64,000 nt of DNA, taken from the NCBI GenBank assembly GCA_963765765.1, contig CAVXYC010000017.1, forward strand, positions 1 through 64,000. Direction: 5' to 3'. Source of the stretch: an uncultured Chloroflexia bacterium (GTDB taxonomy: Bacteria > Chloroflexota > UBA6077 > JACCZL01). This document shows, piece by piece, positions 19,857 to 31,178 of this stretch. Numbering within the stretch: position 1 is the stretch's first letter; each line of letters begins with the position of its first letter. Position numbers and translations under genes: made by a program. The notes below the pieces were generated by a model. That model searched no databases and was not told where the DNA came from. It saw nothing but the letters and a program-made list of their open reading frames with translations.

Positions 19857-21182
19857 ATGACCGCTTCAGAACCCACTCCGCGAACACGGTTGGACGACCT
19901 CTCCAAGCTCGTTTCACTGTGCAAGCGTCGTGGAATCATCTTCCCAAGCTCTGAGATCTATGGCGGTTTCGCCAGCGTCTGGGACTATGGACCCGTTGGC
20001 GCTCTAATCAAGGCGAATGTCAAGAACGCCTGGCTGCGCTCCATGATCCAGCTTCGTGACGACATCGTTGGGCTAGATTCGGCGATCTTGATGCATCCAC
20101 AAACCTGGGTGGCATCCGGTCACGTCGAGCACTTCAACGATCCGCTGGTGGACTGTCTGAAGTGCAAAAATCGGTATCGTGCCGACGAGATCACGACGCC
20201 AAACTGCCCGAACTGCGGCGGCGAGCTAACCCCAGCGCGTCAGTTCAACACCATGTTCAAGACCTTTGTGGGGCCGGTCGAAGAAGACGCCTCCGTGGCC
20301 TATCTGAGGCCCGAGACTGCCCAGGGCATCTTCGTTGATTTCAAGAACGTGCTGGACACCAGCCGCAAGAAGCTGCCATTCGGTATTGCTCAGGTGGGAA
20401 AGGCGTTCCGCAACGAAATCACGACGGGAAACTTCATCTTTCGCGTCCGCGAGTTCGAGCAAATGGAGCTCGAATACTTCGTTGCACCGGGTACCGCACC
20501 GGAGTGGTATCAGCACTGGCTGGACTCACGATTCCAGTGGTGGCAGGATCACGGCGTCCGGGCAGAGCATCTGCAATTCCACCACAAAGAGCGCGCGGAT
20601 CTTGCGCACTATTCTCGCGCCGGCGCGGACATCGAATACCTGTTCCCGTTCGGCTGGGGCGAGCTCGAAGGCATTGCCGATCGCGGCGACTACGATCTGC
20701 TGCAGCATGAGACTGCGAGCGGCGAGGATCTGAAGTACTTCGACGAGGAGACGCGTTCGCGCGTTCGGCCGGAGGTCATCGAGCCATCCGCGGGTGTCGA
20801 TCGGGCCGTGCTCGCCTTTCTATGTGATGCCTTCGATGAAGAACCGGACAAGGATGAAGTGCGCGTGGTGTTGCGGCTCCATCCCCGGATTGCACCGTAC
20901 AAGGCTGCTATTCTGCCTCTCCAACGTAAGGAGCCGCTTGTCACACTTGCACGTGACGTGCAGGGACAGCTTCGCAGGCGCTTCATGACTGTGTACGATG
21001 AGACGGGAAGCATCGGCCGACGTTATCGGCGCCAGGATGAGATAGGTACGCCGTTCTGTATCACGCCCGATTTCGAGTCGCTCGAACAGGGAACAATTAC
21101 CGTGCGAGAGCGAGACACGATGAGCCAGGTTCGACTTCCGATTACGGAGCTAGGGGCCTGGTTAGCAGAACGAATCGATTAG
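19857..21182 (+). CDS. glyQS: Glycine--tRNA ligase, alpha2 type
   Basis: LRPETAQG, FRNEIT, REFEQME, IEPSAGVDR, SIGRRYRRQDEIG. Confidence 0.95.
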   Translation: MTASEPTPRTRLDDLSKLVSLCKRRGIIFPSSEIYGGFASVWDYGPVGALIKANVKNAWLRSMIQLRDDIVGLDSAILMHPQTWVASGHVEHFNDPLVDCLKCKNRYRADEITTPNCPNCGGELTPARQFNTMFKTFVGPVEEDASVAYLRPETAQGIFVDFKNVLDTSRKKLPFGIAQVGKAFRNEITTGNFIFRVREFEQMELEYFVAPGTAPEWYQHWLDSRFQWWQDHGVRAEHLQFHHKERADLAHYSRAGADIEYLFPFGWGELEGIADRGDYDLLQHETASGEDLKYFDEETRSRVRPEVIEPSAGVDRAVLAFLCDAFDEEPDKDEVRVVLRLHPRIAPYKAAILPLQRKEPLVTLARDVQGQLRRRFMTVYDETGSIGRRYRRQDEIGTPFCITPDFESLEQGTITVRERDTMSQVRLPITELGAWLAERID

Positions 21183-21222
21183 TGAGGATGCGTGGGCATG
21201 GAAGTACAAAGGAGTACGACCA

Positions 21223-23970
21223 ATGGTTCGGTCTGAGGTAACTGCCCCTGTGATTGCGACGGATCGGAAATGGGTTTTTCTTTTTGAAGAGGGCGACGCG
21301 AATCAGCGTGACCTTTTAGGTGGCAAGGGTGCCGGGCTCTCAGGCATGGCGCGCGCCGGATTGCCGGTGCCGCCTGGCTTCACCATTACGACTGAAGCAT
21401 GCAACGCCTATTTCGACAGCGGCGATCAGTTTCCCGACGGCATGTGGGAGCAGTCTCTCGAAGCGCTTAAGGTTGTCGAGCAGCGGGCCGGTAAAGGCTT
21501 TGGTGATCCAAGGAACCCACTACTTGTTTCCGTCCGCTCGGGCGCGCGCATCTCGATGCCAGGAATGATGGACACTGTCCTCAATCTCGGACTGAACCGC
21601 GAGACGCTCAAGGGAATCGTCGCGCTCACCGGTAACGAGCGATTCGGCTTCGACGCGTACCGTCGATTCATTCAAATGTTCGGGCGCATCGTCATGGACG
21701 TCGATAGTACCCACTTCGACGAGTATTTCGACGGTTACAAGAAGCGTGTCGGCGCCGAGCTGGACACGGAGCTCACGGCCGAGAATCTCCAGGAAATCGC
21801 GGACGAGTTTCTTGCGATTTTCGAGCGGGAGACCGGGCGGCCTTTCCCCGATGACCCGCTCGAACAGCTCCGGCTGGCGATCGGTGCCGTATTCGCCTCC
21901 TGGATGGGAAAGCGCGCGGTTGATTACCGACGCGCGGAGAAGATCGCGGACGATCTGGGCACAGCGGTAACCGTGCAGACCATGGTCTTCGGCAATATGG
22001 GCGAGGACTCCGGCACCGGCGTCGCATTTACTCGCGATCCGAATACCGGTGAGCGTCAGCTATACGGCAATTTTCTGCCGGACGCGCAAGGCGAAGACGT
22101 GGTCGCGGGAATCCGAACACCATTACCCCTGAGCGCCATGAAAGAGACCCTGCCGGACGTCTACGAGGAATTCGGCCGGATCGCCCACCTGCTCGAGGAG
22201 ACCTACAAGGACATGCAGGACCTCGAGTTCACCGTGGAGCGCCGCAAGCTCTACATGCTTCAGACGAGGTCGGGGAAGCGGAGCGGAAAAGCCGCAGTGA
22301 AGATTGCTACGGATATGGTGGAAGATGGCTTGATCACGCGGGATGAGGCCATCCTGAAAATTGAGGGTCGGCACGTCGAGCAGTTCCTGCTGCCTCGACT
22401 GGACGAAACAGTCACCGGCGCGGCTCGCAACGATGGTCGATTGCTGGCCCATGCCGTGGGCGCCGCTCCGGGCGCGGCAGTGGGTGAAATCGTGTTCGAC
22501 CCGGACCGCGCGGAGCACCGCGTGCTCCAGGGCGCTCGCGTTGTGTTAGTGCGCCCCGAAACGTCGCCCGATGACGTCCACGGGATGATCGTGGCAGAGG
22601 GTGTCCTGACCGGACGTGGCGGAACCTCGAGCCACGCGGCGGTTGTCGCTCGCGGACTCGGTAAGCCGTGTGTGGTGGGCGCCGAGGGCTTGCACATCGA
22701 TCTTCGGAGGCATCTGCTCCGTGCGGACGGTCGCCTCCTGAAAGAGGGCGATCTGATTTCGATCGATGGATCAACCGGAGAGGTCTTTATCGGCGCCATT
22801 CCGACGATCGTGCCGAACATTGAGGAAGAGCGCGAGCTCCAGCAGATCTTGAAGTGGTCGGATGAGCGACGGTCGCTCGGCGTGTGGGCGAATGCTGATT
22901 ATCCGCGTGATGCTCGTCGGGCGATCACGTTCGGCGCTGAAGGTGTCGGACTCTGCCGAACCGAGCACATGTTTATGGAGACGGATCGTCTGCCGATCGT
23001 ACGTCAGATGATCCTCAATGCTGAAGCTGGCAAAACGGACCCCGAGGCAAAGAAGGTCTATTTAGAAGCATTGGCTCGATTGCTCGAGTTCCAACGCGGC
23101 GATTTTCAGGGGATCCTCAGGGCAATGAGCGGTCGTTCAGTGATCATTCGATTGATTGACCCTCCGCTTCACGAGTTCCTGCCCAGGTACGAGGATTTGC
23201 TGGTGGATTATTCCATCCGCAAGGCGCTGGGAGAGGAAGGGCCGGCACTGGACGAGGCGGAGGCCCTGCTCAAAACGGTCGAAGGCCTCCGTGAGTCCAA
23301 CCCGATGCTCGGATTGCGGGGCTGCCGCCTGGGTCTACTGTATCCAGAGATCAACGAGATGCAGGTACGGGCCATTCTCGAAGCTGCCGTGGCACTGAAG
23401 CGTGAGCGACTGGATCCTCGACCTAAAATCATGATCCCGTTGGTATCCGACGTTCGTGAGCTTCGGCGCGTGCGCGATCAGCTCGAGCGTGTTGCACATG
23501 AAGTGATGGAGCGCGCTGGTACGACCGTCGAGTACAAGTTCGGCACGATGATCGAGGTTCCACGGGCGGCGCTCACAGCCGAAAAGATCGGCGAAGTTGC
23601 TGAGTTCTTCAGCTTCGGTACCAATGACCTTACGCAGGCGACGTTCGGTTATTCCCGTGACGACGCGGAGGGCAAGTTCCTTGCCATGTACCTGGATGAG
23701 AAGATCCTGACGGAGAATCCATTCCAGGTCCTGGACCGAGAGGGTGTCGGCAACCTCATCAATCTCGCGGTGACGAATGGGCGAAAGGCGCGCCCAGGCC
23801 TAGAGACGGGCATCTGCGGCGAGCACGGCGGCGATCCGTCGTCAATTGAATTCTGCCACCTGGTGGGGCTGGACTACGTAAGCGCATCGCCATTCCGCGT
23901 TCCTGTGGCACGATTGGCGGCTGCGCAGGCTGCGCTTCGCTATCCGGATGCGCCGAGGCCGAAACACTAA
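21223..23970 (+). CDS. ppdK: Pyruvate, phosphate dikinase
   Basis: LLGGKGA, SVRSGA..SMPGMMDT, GGTSSHAAVVARG, SFGTNDLTQ, ICGEHGG. Confidence 0.97.
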   Translation: MVRSEVTAPVIATDRKWVFLFEEGDANQRDLLGGKGAGLSGMARAGLPVPPGFTITTEACNAYFDSGDQFPDGMWEQSLEALKVVEQRAGKGFGDPRNPLLVSVRSGARISMPGMMDTVLNLGLNRETLKGIVALTGNERFGFDAYRRFIQMFGRIVMDVDSTHFDEYFDGYKKRVGAELDTELTAENLQEIADEFLAIFERETGRPFPDDPLEQLRLAIGAVFASWMGKRAVDYRRAEKIADDLGTAVTVQTMVFGNMGEDSGTGVAFTRDPNTGERQLYGNFLPDAQGEDVVAGIRTPLPLSAMKETLPDVYEEFGRIAHLLEETYKDMQDLEFTVERRKLYMLQTRSGKRSGKAAVKIATDMVEDGLITRDEAILKIEGRHVEQFLLPRLDETVTGAARNDGRLLAHAVGAAPGAAVGEIVFDPDRAEHRVLQGARVVLVRPETSPDDVHGMIVAEGVLTGRGGTSSHAAVVARGLGKPCVVGAEGLHIDLRRHLLRADGRLLKEGDLISIDGSTGEVFIGAIPTIVPNIEEERELQQILKWSDERRSLGVWANADYPRDARRAITFGAEGVGLCRTEHMFMETDRLPIVRQMILNAEAGKTDPEAKKVYLEALARLLEFQRGDFQGILRAMSGRSVIIRLIDPPLHEFLPRYEDLLVDYSIRKALGEEGPALDEAEALLKTVEGLRESNPMLGLRGCRLGLLYPEINEMQVRAILEAAVALKRERLDPRPKIMIPLVSDVRELRRVRDQLERVAHEVMERAGTTVEYKFGTMIEVPRAALTAEKIGEVAEFFSFGTNDLTQATFGYSRDDAEGKFLAMYLDEKILTENPFQVLDREGVGNLINLAVTNGRKARPGLETGICGEHGGDPSSIEFCHLVGLDYVSASPFRVPVARLAAAQAALRYPDAPRPKH

Positions 23971-23989
23971 GCGACGGCGCGCTGGATCA

Positions 23990-24027
23990 AAAAGGGGCCG
24001 ATGTCCCATGGGACATCGGCCCCTTTT
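23990..24027. terminator. Perfect 38-bp palindrome; intrinsic terminator of the greA-ppdK run
   Basis: AAAAGGGGCCGATGTCCCA/TGGGACATCGGCCCCTTTT. Confidence 0.85.
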
Positions 24028-24151
24028 ATCGCCGTTGCTTCGCCTTCTCGCCTCTGTTTGCGGCTCTACCACTCGGCCCAGATTCATGGACTATGCTAAG
24101 GTTTCGGCGGGCTCATCTCAGAATTGAGCCGTTCGTCGGGGGCTACTCGAA

Positions 24152-26011
24152 ATGGATTCGCCGGTTGACGAAATCAAACGTCGAATCGACGTGGCCGATG
24201 TCATCGGTCAGAATGTTGCCCTGAAGCGCTCAGGCCGCATTCTTAAGGGCCTCTGTCCGTTTCACACTGAAAAGACCCCATCCTTCGTCGTTTTTCCCGA
24301 TAGCGGAACCTGGCGGTGCTTCGGATGCGGCCAGGGCGGCGACCTATTCACGTTTGTCATGAAGCACGATGGCCTCGAGTTTGGCGATGCTTTGCGATCG
24401 CTCGCTCAGAAGGCCGGTGTGGAGCTTACTGGCGCCGGACCGACCGAAGCTGATCGTGAGCGTCGGGTTCAATTGGTACAGGCGATGGAGTCCGCGGCAC
24501 TGTTTTATCGCGGATCGCTGAGGGAGCGGGCGGGCCAGCCGGCGCTGGAGTATCTCCAGCGCCGCGGCGTTCTCGAGGCGAGCATCGATCAATTCGCGCT
24601 GGGCTTCGCCCCGCGACAATCAGGTGCGCTGATCGCTCATCTGCGCTCAGCTTCCGTGTCCATGGAGATCGCCGAGGCCGCGGGATTGGTCGGCCATAGC
24701 GAAGAGGGCGAGCTTTTCGAACGCATGCGTGGTCGGGTCATCTTTCCGATTCGCGATGGCGAGGGAGAGACGATCGCATTTGGCGGCCGCACACTCGACG
24801 ATGATGTTCAGCCGAAATATCTGAACTCACCACAAACGCAGCTGTTCGACAAGTCGAGCTGCTTCTACGGTTATGACCTGGCTAGGGCGGCCATTCGAAC
24901 GACTCGCTCCATGACCGTGGTGGAAGGCTATATGGATGTATTGATGGTCCATCAGGCCGGCTACCACGATGTCGTCGCGACGCTGGGAACAGCGCTGACC
25001 GAGCGTCACGTGCGCATGATCCGTCGGCAGGTTGATAGCGTCATCCTGGCACTCGACGCGGATGCCGCCGGCCAGCGAGCTATGCGTCGTGGGCTGGATG
25101 TTGTGCGCGACTCAGAGCGTCGAGGCGGGGATTGGCTCGGGGCGGTGCGCACCACAAGCACGAGCAAGCTCCAGCTCAAAGTCATGGTTCTCCCCGCGGG
25201 CAAGGACCCCGATGACGTCGTGCGGCAAGATCCCGGCTCCTGGGGCGAGCTCTCAGCTCAGGCAGTTCCGGCTGTGGACTTCGTGCTCACAAGACTGGGA
25301 ACCCAGTTTGACCTTGCGACGGCGCGCGGGAAATCAGAGGCGGTGTACGATGCATTGCCCGTCATCCGCGATCTTGCCGACCCAATTGAGCGATCGCACT
25401 ATGAGCGCCGCCTGGCGGAGATTGTCGGTATCGAGCGGTCGGACCTCATGCGGGTCATTGCCCCCACGATGCGACCGCGGCAAGCCGCTACGCAGGGCTC
25501 ACTTCCCCACTCCGGCGCTGATCTGGAAGAGTATCTTCTGGCACTGAGCATTGTCTCTGGCGACTTCGGTAACATCCCTGAATCGATTCCGATTCGACCG
25601 GAAGTGAGCGCATTGCTGGGCATGCTGGCTGAGCGCACCGCGGCTGGCGAGACGGTGGATGAAGTGCTCGAGAGCCTCAGCGAATCGGAGTTTTCGACGC
25701 TCGCGCTGGTAGTCTATCGCGAGGCAGAGCGCCTTCGTTTACGGGAGGCAACCGAACTGATACAGGAACGTAAGACGGCCATTCTCAAATTCGAGCTGGG
25801 CCGATTGTATCGTGAGGTTGACGACGTCAAGGCAACGCTCCTTGACGTCGTCACCGAGGATGAGCCCGAACACGATGAGATGCTGTGGGCTCGCGCGCTG
25901 GATACAATGACCCACCGCATTCACGAGATCGAGTCCGAGCTTTCGGATGTTCGGAAGGTGGGTACGGCTGTCTGGCGGCCTCGGGCGACTCGGGAGGTCA
26001 TGGGTGCCTGA
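24152..26011 (+). CDS. dnaG: DNA primase
   Basis: [11 protein letters not shown]...CFGC, KYLNSP, VVEGYMD, LDADAAG, KDPDD. Confidence 0.96.
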   Translation: MDSPVDEIKRRIDVADVIGQNVALKRSGRILKGLCPFHTEKTPSFVVFPDSGTWRCFGCGQGGDLFTFVMKHDGLEFGDALRSLAQKAGVELTGAGPTEADRERRVQLVQAMESAALFYRGSLRERAGQPALEYLQRRGVLEASIDQFALGFAPRQSGALIAHLRSASVSMEIAEAAGLVGHSEEGELFERMRGRVIFPIRDGEGETIAFGGRTLDDDVQPKYLNSPQTQLFDKSSCFYGYDLARAAIRTTRSMTVVEGYMDVLMVHQAGYHDVVATLGTALTERHVRMIRRQVDSVILALDADAAGQRAMRRGLDVVRDSERRGGDWLGAVRTTSTSKLQLKVMVLPAGKDPDDVVRQDPGSWGELSAQAVPAVDFVLTRLGTQFDLATARGKSEAVYDALPVIRDLADPIERSHYERRLAEIVGIERSDLMRVIAPTMRPRQAATQGSLPHSGADLEEYLLALSIVSGDFGNIPESIPIRPEVSALLGMLAERTAAGETVDEVLESLSESEFSTLALVVYREAERLRLREATELIQERKTAILKFELGRLYREVDDVKATLLDVVTEDEPEHDEMLWARALDTMTHRIHEIESELSDVRKVGTAVWRPRATREVMGA

Positions 26012-27485
26012 ACAGGAGATTCGACGAGGTGGCGTGTCGCTGCCGGCTTCCATGTCGGTGGCGAGAAATGGGCTGCGGCTCGTTGTCCCAACCGAAGACG
26101 AGCCAGATGAGCAGCCCTCGGTGAACACGCTCACGTCTGCGATATCCGGGGTACGGCCGCGTAGCACTGCCACATCGTGGACCGATGCCATCGAGCCAGA
26201 GGTTCCCACACCGCCGCCTACTCGATTCGATGACCAAGAAGGACTAGAAGATCACGTAAGGGTCTATCTACGCGAGATTGGCCTCGTGCATCTACTCTCG
26301 TGGGAGGAAGAGAAGCGACTCTCGCGTGAGATCGAGGACTCGGATTACCTCGAGCGAGTTGCGGAGCTGCTTCAAGAGACGCACCTGAGGCAGCCATCTG
26401 CCGTGGACGTCTTCATGGAGGCCTACGAGCGCTTTCAGGCGCTCTACCCGTTTCTCCCTCGCGTCGTTCCCGTTGAGCCGACCGAGCTGGCCAATGCGTT
26501 TCGCGCTATGGGAGAGATCGGTGACCTCGATCCGATGCTGCTCGAAACACTGGCGGCCGAATTTGAGATAGAAGTCGAGCAGGTTGAGTCGGCGATGGTG
26601 GAGCTCTCGATTCTCTGCCGAGTGCTGCCAGCACCTTTGCGCCAGCAGATCGCATGCGCCGGATGTGGCGTTGAGCTGCCGAACGCTGATGATGTCGCGG
26701 CGCGCTTCCGTGGCGATCACGATGCGCTCACGGAGTATTGGGATTCGGTCCATCGGCTTGCCATGCAGGCTCGAGTCACGCTCACTGAATCAAACCTTCG
26801 TCTCGTTGTGAGCGTCGCGAAGAAGTACGTCGGGCGCGGCATGTCACTGCTGGATCTCATCCAGGAGGGGAACATCGGCCTCATGCGAGCGATCGAGAAA
26901 TTCGAGCATCGCAAGGGCTTTAAGTTCAGTACCTACGCAACCTGGTGGATTCGACAGGCCATCACACGAGCCATCGCCGACCAGGCACGAACGATTCGGA
27001 TCCCTGTGCACATGGTGGAAACGATCAATCGACTGAGTCGGCTAACTCGGACGCTTATCCAGGATCTTGGCCGCGAGCCGACCTCGCAGGAGATCGGTGT
27101 CGGCATGGAGATGAGCGCCTCCAAGGTCCGGGAGATCATGAAGGTTGCCCAGGAGCCGGTCTCGCTCGAAAGCCCAGTAGGCGAAGAGGACGATAGTCAC
27201 CTTTCCGACTTCATTGAGGATCAACGCGCTCAGGCTCCGTCTGAGCTGGCATCGCTTCAATTGCTTCGCGAGCAAGTTGAGGATGCACTCGATTCGCTAA
27301 GCGGTCGGGAGCGTCGGGTGCTTCAGCTTCGATTCGGGCTGGACGATGGACGCCAGCGAACCCTGGAAGAAGTAGGCCGAGAATTCGGCGTGACGCGAGA
27401 AAGAATCCGGCAGATCGAGGCCAAGGCGTTGCGGAAACTGCGCCACCCATCGCGCTCAAAAAAGCTGCGCGATTACCTGGAGTAA
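26004..27485 (+). CDS. rpoD: Primary sigma factor RpoD/SigA
   Basis: GTG 26004 after GGAGG; [54 protein letters not shown]. Confidence 0.95.
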   Translation: MPEQEIRRGGVSLPASMSVARNGLRLVVPTEDEPDEQPSVNTLTSAISGVRPRSTATSWTDAIEPEVPTPPPTRFDDQEGLEDHVRVYLREIGLVHLLSWEEEKRLSREIEDSDYLERVAELLQETHLRQPSAVDVFMEAYERFQALYPFLPRVVPVEPTELANAFRAMGEIGDLDPMLLETLAAEFEIEVEQVESAMVELSILCRVLPAPLRQQIACAGCGVELPNADDVAARFRGDHDALTEYWDSVHRLAMQARVTLTESNLRLVVSVAKKYVGRGMSLLDLIQEGNIGLMRAIEKFEHRKGFKFSTYATWWIRQAITRAIADQARTIRIPVHMVETINRLSRLTRTLIQDLGREPTSQEIGVGMEMSASKVREIMKVAQEPVSLESPVGEEDDSHLSDFIEDQRAQAPSELASLQLLREQVEDALDSLSGRERRVLQLRFGLDDGRQRTLEEVGREFGVTRERIRQIEAKALRKLRHPSRSKKLRDYLE

Positions 27486-27486
27486 C

Positions 27487-28287
27487 GTGGAGCTCCAATC
27501 GCTCGTTAGCGGAAGCTCCGGAAACTCCTGCCTGGTTCGTGACGGGCGTTCGGCTATCCTGGTCGACGCTGGTATATCGTGCCGTCGCCTCGAAGTAATG
27601 TTTCGCGATCTCTCCGTTGATCCCCGCTCGCTGCAGGCGATCCTCATCACGCACGAGCATTCCGATCACTCTCGTGGAATGGCGCAGCTCGTAGCGCGAT
27701 TTGGCCTTCCGGTGTATGCCTCAGCAGGGACGTTCCGCGCCCTCGGCTCGCCCGCAAACATCGACTGGCGCCAGTTGCGCGGAGGCCAGGTCACCTCGAT
27801 CGGATCCATCGATGTCATTCCAGTCGACGTCCCGCATGATGCGGCCGAGCCGTTCGTCTATCGATTCGAGTCGGATCACTTCTCCGCGGCTATAGCGACG
27901 GACTTCGGCAGTTCGACTGACGCAATCTGCGATGCTTTTCGCGACCTCGACCTGCTGGTGCTCGAAGCGAATCATGACGAGGACTGGCTGTGGCGCGGAA
28001 GCTACCCGTGGTCGCTAAAGAAGCGCGTCGCGAGTGACCAGGGACACATCTCCAACGAAACATGCGGGCAGATCCTGGCCAGGCTTGGTATTCGAGCGCC
28101 TCGATCAGTCTGGTTAGCTCATCTCAGCGCGCAGAATAACGCGCCTGGGCACGCGCTACAGGTCGTAGGCAGGGCGTTGAAACGAGCCGGACTAGGCCAT
28201 GTGCAGCTCACCGTGGCGGAGCGCAATCGCCCAAGCGTCCGCTGGCATTCCGAAGGCGTGACCCGACAGCTCGCGCTCAACCTCTGA
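27487..28287 (+). CDS. MBL-fold hydrolase (YycJ/WalJ-like)
   Basis: SGSSGN, THEHSDH, VPHDA, LEANHD, AHLS. Confidence 0.85.
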   Translation: MELQSLVSGSSGNSCLVRDGRSAILVDAGISCRRLEVMFRDLSVDPRSLQAILITHEHSDHSRGMAQLVARFGLPVYASAGTFRALGSPANIDWRQLRGGQVTSIGSIDVIPVDVPHDAAEPFVYRFESDHFSAAIATDFGSSTDAICDAFRDLDLLVLEANHDEDWLWRGSYPWSLKKRVASDQGHISNETCGQILARLGIRAPRSVWLAHLSAQNNAPGHALQVVGRALKRAGLGHVQLTVAERNRPSVRWHSEGVTRQLALNL

Positions 28288-28513
28288 TGATCTCCGCGGC
28301 TCGCTGAGGGGCTGATTGTTCCTTCTGGCTGCACAATCCCCTCCCTCCTATCCGAGGATTCTTGCTGGATCGCTGGTATAATTTGCGATCAAGTCCCACG
28401 CTCTCTGCGGCCCGTATCGCCACGTCCGGATCCTTCGCGGCATCAGGAACAGACCCTCTGGGTCGGCGTTTTGAGCACCCGGACCACGCGGACAGGAGTG
28501 CTGAACCCCGAGT

Positions 28514-31178
28514 ATGAGTGAATCGCGTCCAGAGCCACGGACAAGCGAAGACGTCCGTCAATACTTCATCGATTTCTTCGCTGAACGCGACCATCACAAC
28601 GTGCCCAGCTCTAGCCTCGTTCCGTTTGACGATCCTACGGTGTTGCTCACCACCGCCGGCATGCAGCAGATGATCGGCTACATGGTGGGCCGTCAGGTGC
28701 CGACTTATCGTCGGATGACATCGGTCCAGAAATGCTTCCGAACAACCGATATCGACGAGGTCGGGAATCCGCGCAATCTCACCTTCTTCGAGATGCTCGG
28801 CAATTTCTCTATCGGCGATTACTTCAAGGCGGAGATCATCCCGTGGGCCTGGGATTTCGTCGCGAATTGGCTGCAGTTCCCTCCGGAGCGTGTTTACGTC
28901 ACAATCCATCCGACGGACGATGAAGCGCTGCAGCTCTGGCTGAAGACCGGCGTCCCGCGCGAACGGATCTCCTACCTCGAAGACAATTGGTGGGGGCCGC
29001 CTGGAGCGGAAGGCCCTTGCGGCCCTGATTCAGAGCTCTACTTTGATCGTGGCGAGCGGTTCGGCTGCGGACTCCCCGAGTGCGCACCAGGCTGTGACTG
29101 CGATCGATACCTGGAGTTCTGGAATCTCGTGTTCATGCAGTTCTTCCAGGACCGCGGTGGCACTCGGACCCCGCTTGCCCAGACCAATATCGACACCGGC
29201 ATGGGTCTGGAGCGAGTCACGGCCATCAAGCAGAATGTTGACTCGGTGTACGAGACCGATGCATTCAAGCCGGTGCTCGACGCGGTGGCGAAGCTAGCCA
29301 ATACGCACTTCGGCGCGAATCACGAGTCCGACTATGCCCTTCGAGTGATTGCGGATCATGCACGGGGCATGACATTCTTGATTGCGGACGGCGTGCTGCC
29401 AGGCGCAGAGGGTCGAGGCTACGTGCTTCGCCGCGTCATTCGACGAGCCGTGCGCTATGGTCGTCGACTGGGAATCCAGACGGCCTTCCTGACGGATATC
29501 GCTGCCGTAGTCGTTGAGCAGATGAAGGGCCGCTATCCTGAGCTCGAGTCGAAGCGTCGACTCATCATGGACACCATCGCCCAGGAAGAGGCTCGATTTT
29601 CCGAGACGCTCCAGGCAGGCAGCGTCAGACTCGAGCGATGGATCGAGGAAGCGAGAACCCGTGGCGAGAGTCAGGTCGCGGGCGATCTGTTATTCCAGCT
29701 CTATGACAGCTTCGGGTTCCCGTATGAGCTTAGCGTAGAGATCCTTTCCGAATCGGGCCTGAAGCCGGACCACGCTGGTTTCGAATCGGCGCTCGCCGAA
29801 CAGCGAGAGCGCAGTCGTGCTCGCGCCGCATTCGCAGCCCAATCTGTTGCAACCGTCTCGGGCGGACTCACGGTTCCTCGGACAGAATTCGTGGGCTTTC
29901 AGTCCACCGAAGGTAAGTCAGAGATCCTTGCACTTCGCAACGAAAGCCAGACCGGTGGCTGAGCTGACCCCTGGTCAGCATGGAGCGATCGTCCTAGCGG
30001 AAACCCCGTTTTATCCGGAAGGCGGCGGCCAGGTTGGCGATCGCGGTCGAATCAGAACCGATTCAGGGGTATTCCAGGTTGAGGACACCCAGCGAGATGA
30101 TGCTGGCCACATCCTTCATTACGGCACAGTGCTCGATGGAACGCTGTCTACAGCCGTTGCTGCACGTACCGAGGTGGATTCGCTGCATCGCACGGGCTCG
30201 GCCAGCCATCATACCGTGACGCACATTCTTCACCGGGCACTCAAAGACGTGGTCGGTGAACAGACAGAGCAGCGCGGCTCGCTGGTGAATCCCGACGTCT
30301 GTCGCTTCGATTTCAACTATCCGAGCCCGCTGGCAAATGAACAGGTCGCGCGCATTGTCGAGGTCATCAATGATCACATCCTGGCCAATGACGAAGTCAC
30401 CTGGGAAATCACTGATATCGAGAAGGCCCGCGCCGCCGGGGCGATGATGATTTTTGGCGAGAAATATGGAGATGAAGTCCGCCTCGTTCGCGTTGGGGAC
30501 TACAGTCGCGAGCTCTGCGGCGGAACACACGTGCGCCGATCGGGCGATCTCGGGCTGGGTCTCATCGCTCGGGAGTTCGGCATAGGCTCGGGCCTGCGCC
30601 GTGTCGAGGTGTACGCTGGTCGCGCAGCGCAAGCTCATGTTCGCAGCCAGCTCCAGCAATTGGAGCACGTCGCCTCGGCGCTGGGGGCGCAGTCAACCGA
30701 TCAGGTAGTTGAGCGAGTGGACGCGATGCTGGCTCAGATGGAGCACCTGCAGCGCGAGGCCACCCGTCTGGAACGTCAGATGGCGGGCTCACAAGTGGAT
30801 GATTTGCTGACGCGCGCGGTGAGCATTGAAGGCACCCCCGTGATTCTTGCTCGGGTCGATTCAGCGAATCGTGATGGTGCTCGGGATCTCATTGACCGAA
30901 TCCGAGATCGATTGGGCTCTGCAGTTGTGGGACTTGCCGGTGTCAATGAGGAGCGACCATTTTTCATTGTCGGGGTCACACGCGACCTGGTTAACCGGGG
31001 CGTGAAAGCCGACATCATCGTGCGTGAGATGAGCGTCGTGGCCGGCGGGAAAGGTGGGGGCCGGCCAGACATGGCCCAGGGCGGCGGCCGAGACGTGGAG
31101 CACATTGGCGCGGCTCTGGATCGAGCTTCCGCGGTGACGCGCGATCTACTCAAGGCGAGCCCTGCCACCAATGCGTAG
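28514..31178 (+). CDS. alaS: Alanine--tRNA ligase (single frameshift at ~29951)
   Basis: FFEMLGNFS, WNLVFMQ, DTGMGLER; second frame TPFYPEGGGQVGD, H.LH editing site, ELCGGTHV, GGGRPDMAQGG. Confidence 0.95.

Noticed and set aside
21223-23970. glyQS-ppdK adjacency and co-occurrence of ppdK with hppA as novel
   Set aside because: Both are familiar arrangements consistent with PPi-based metabolism.
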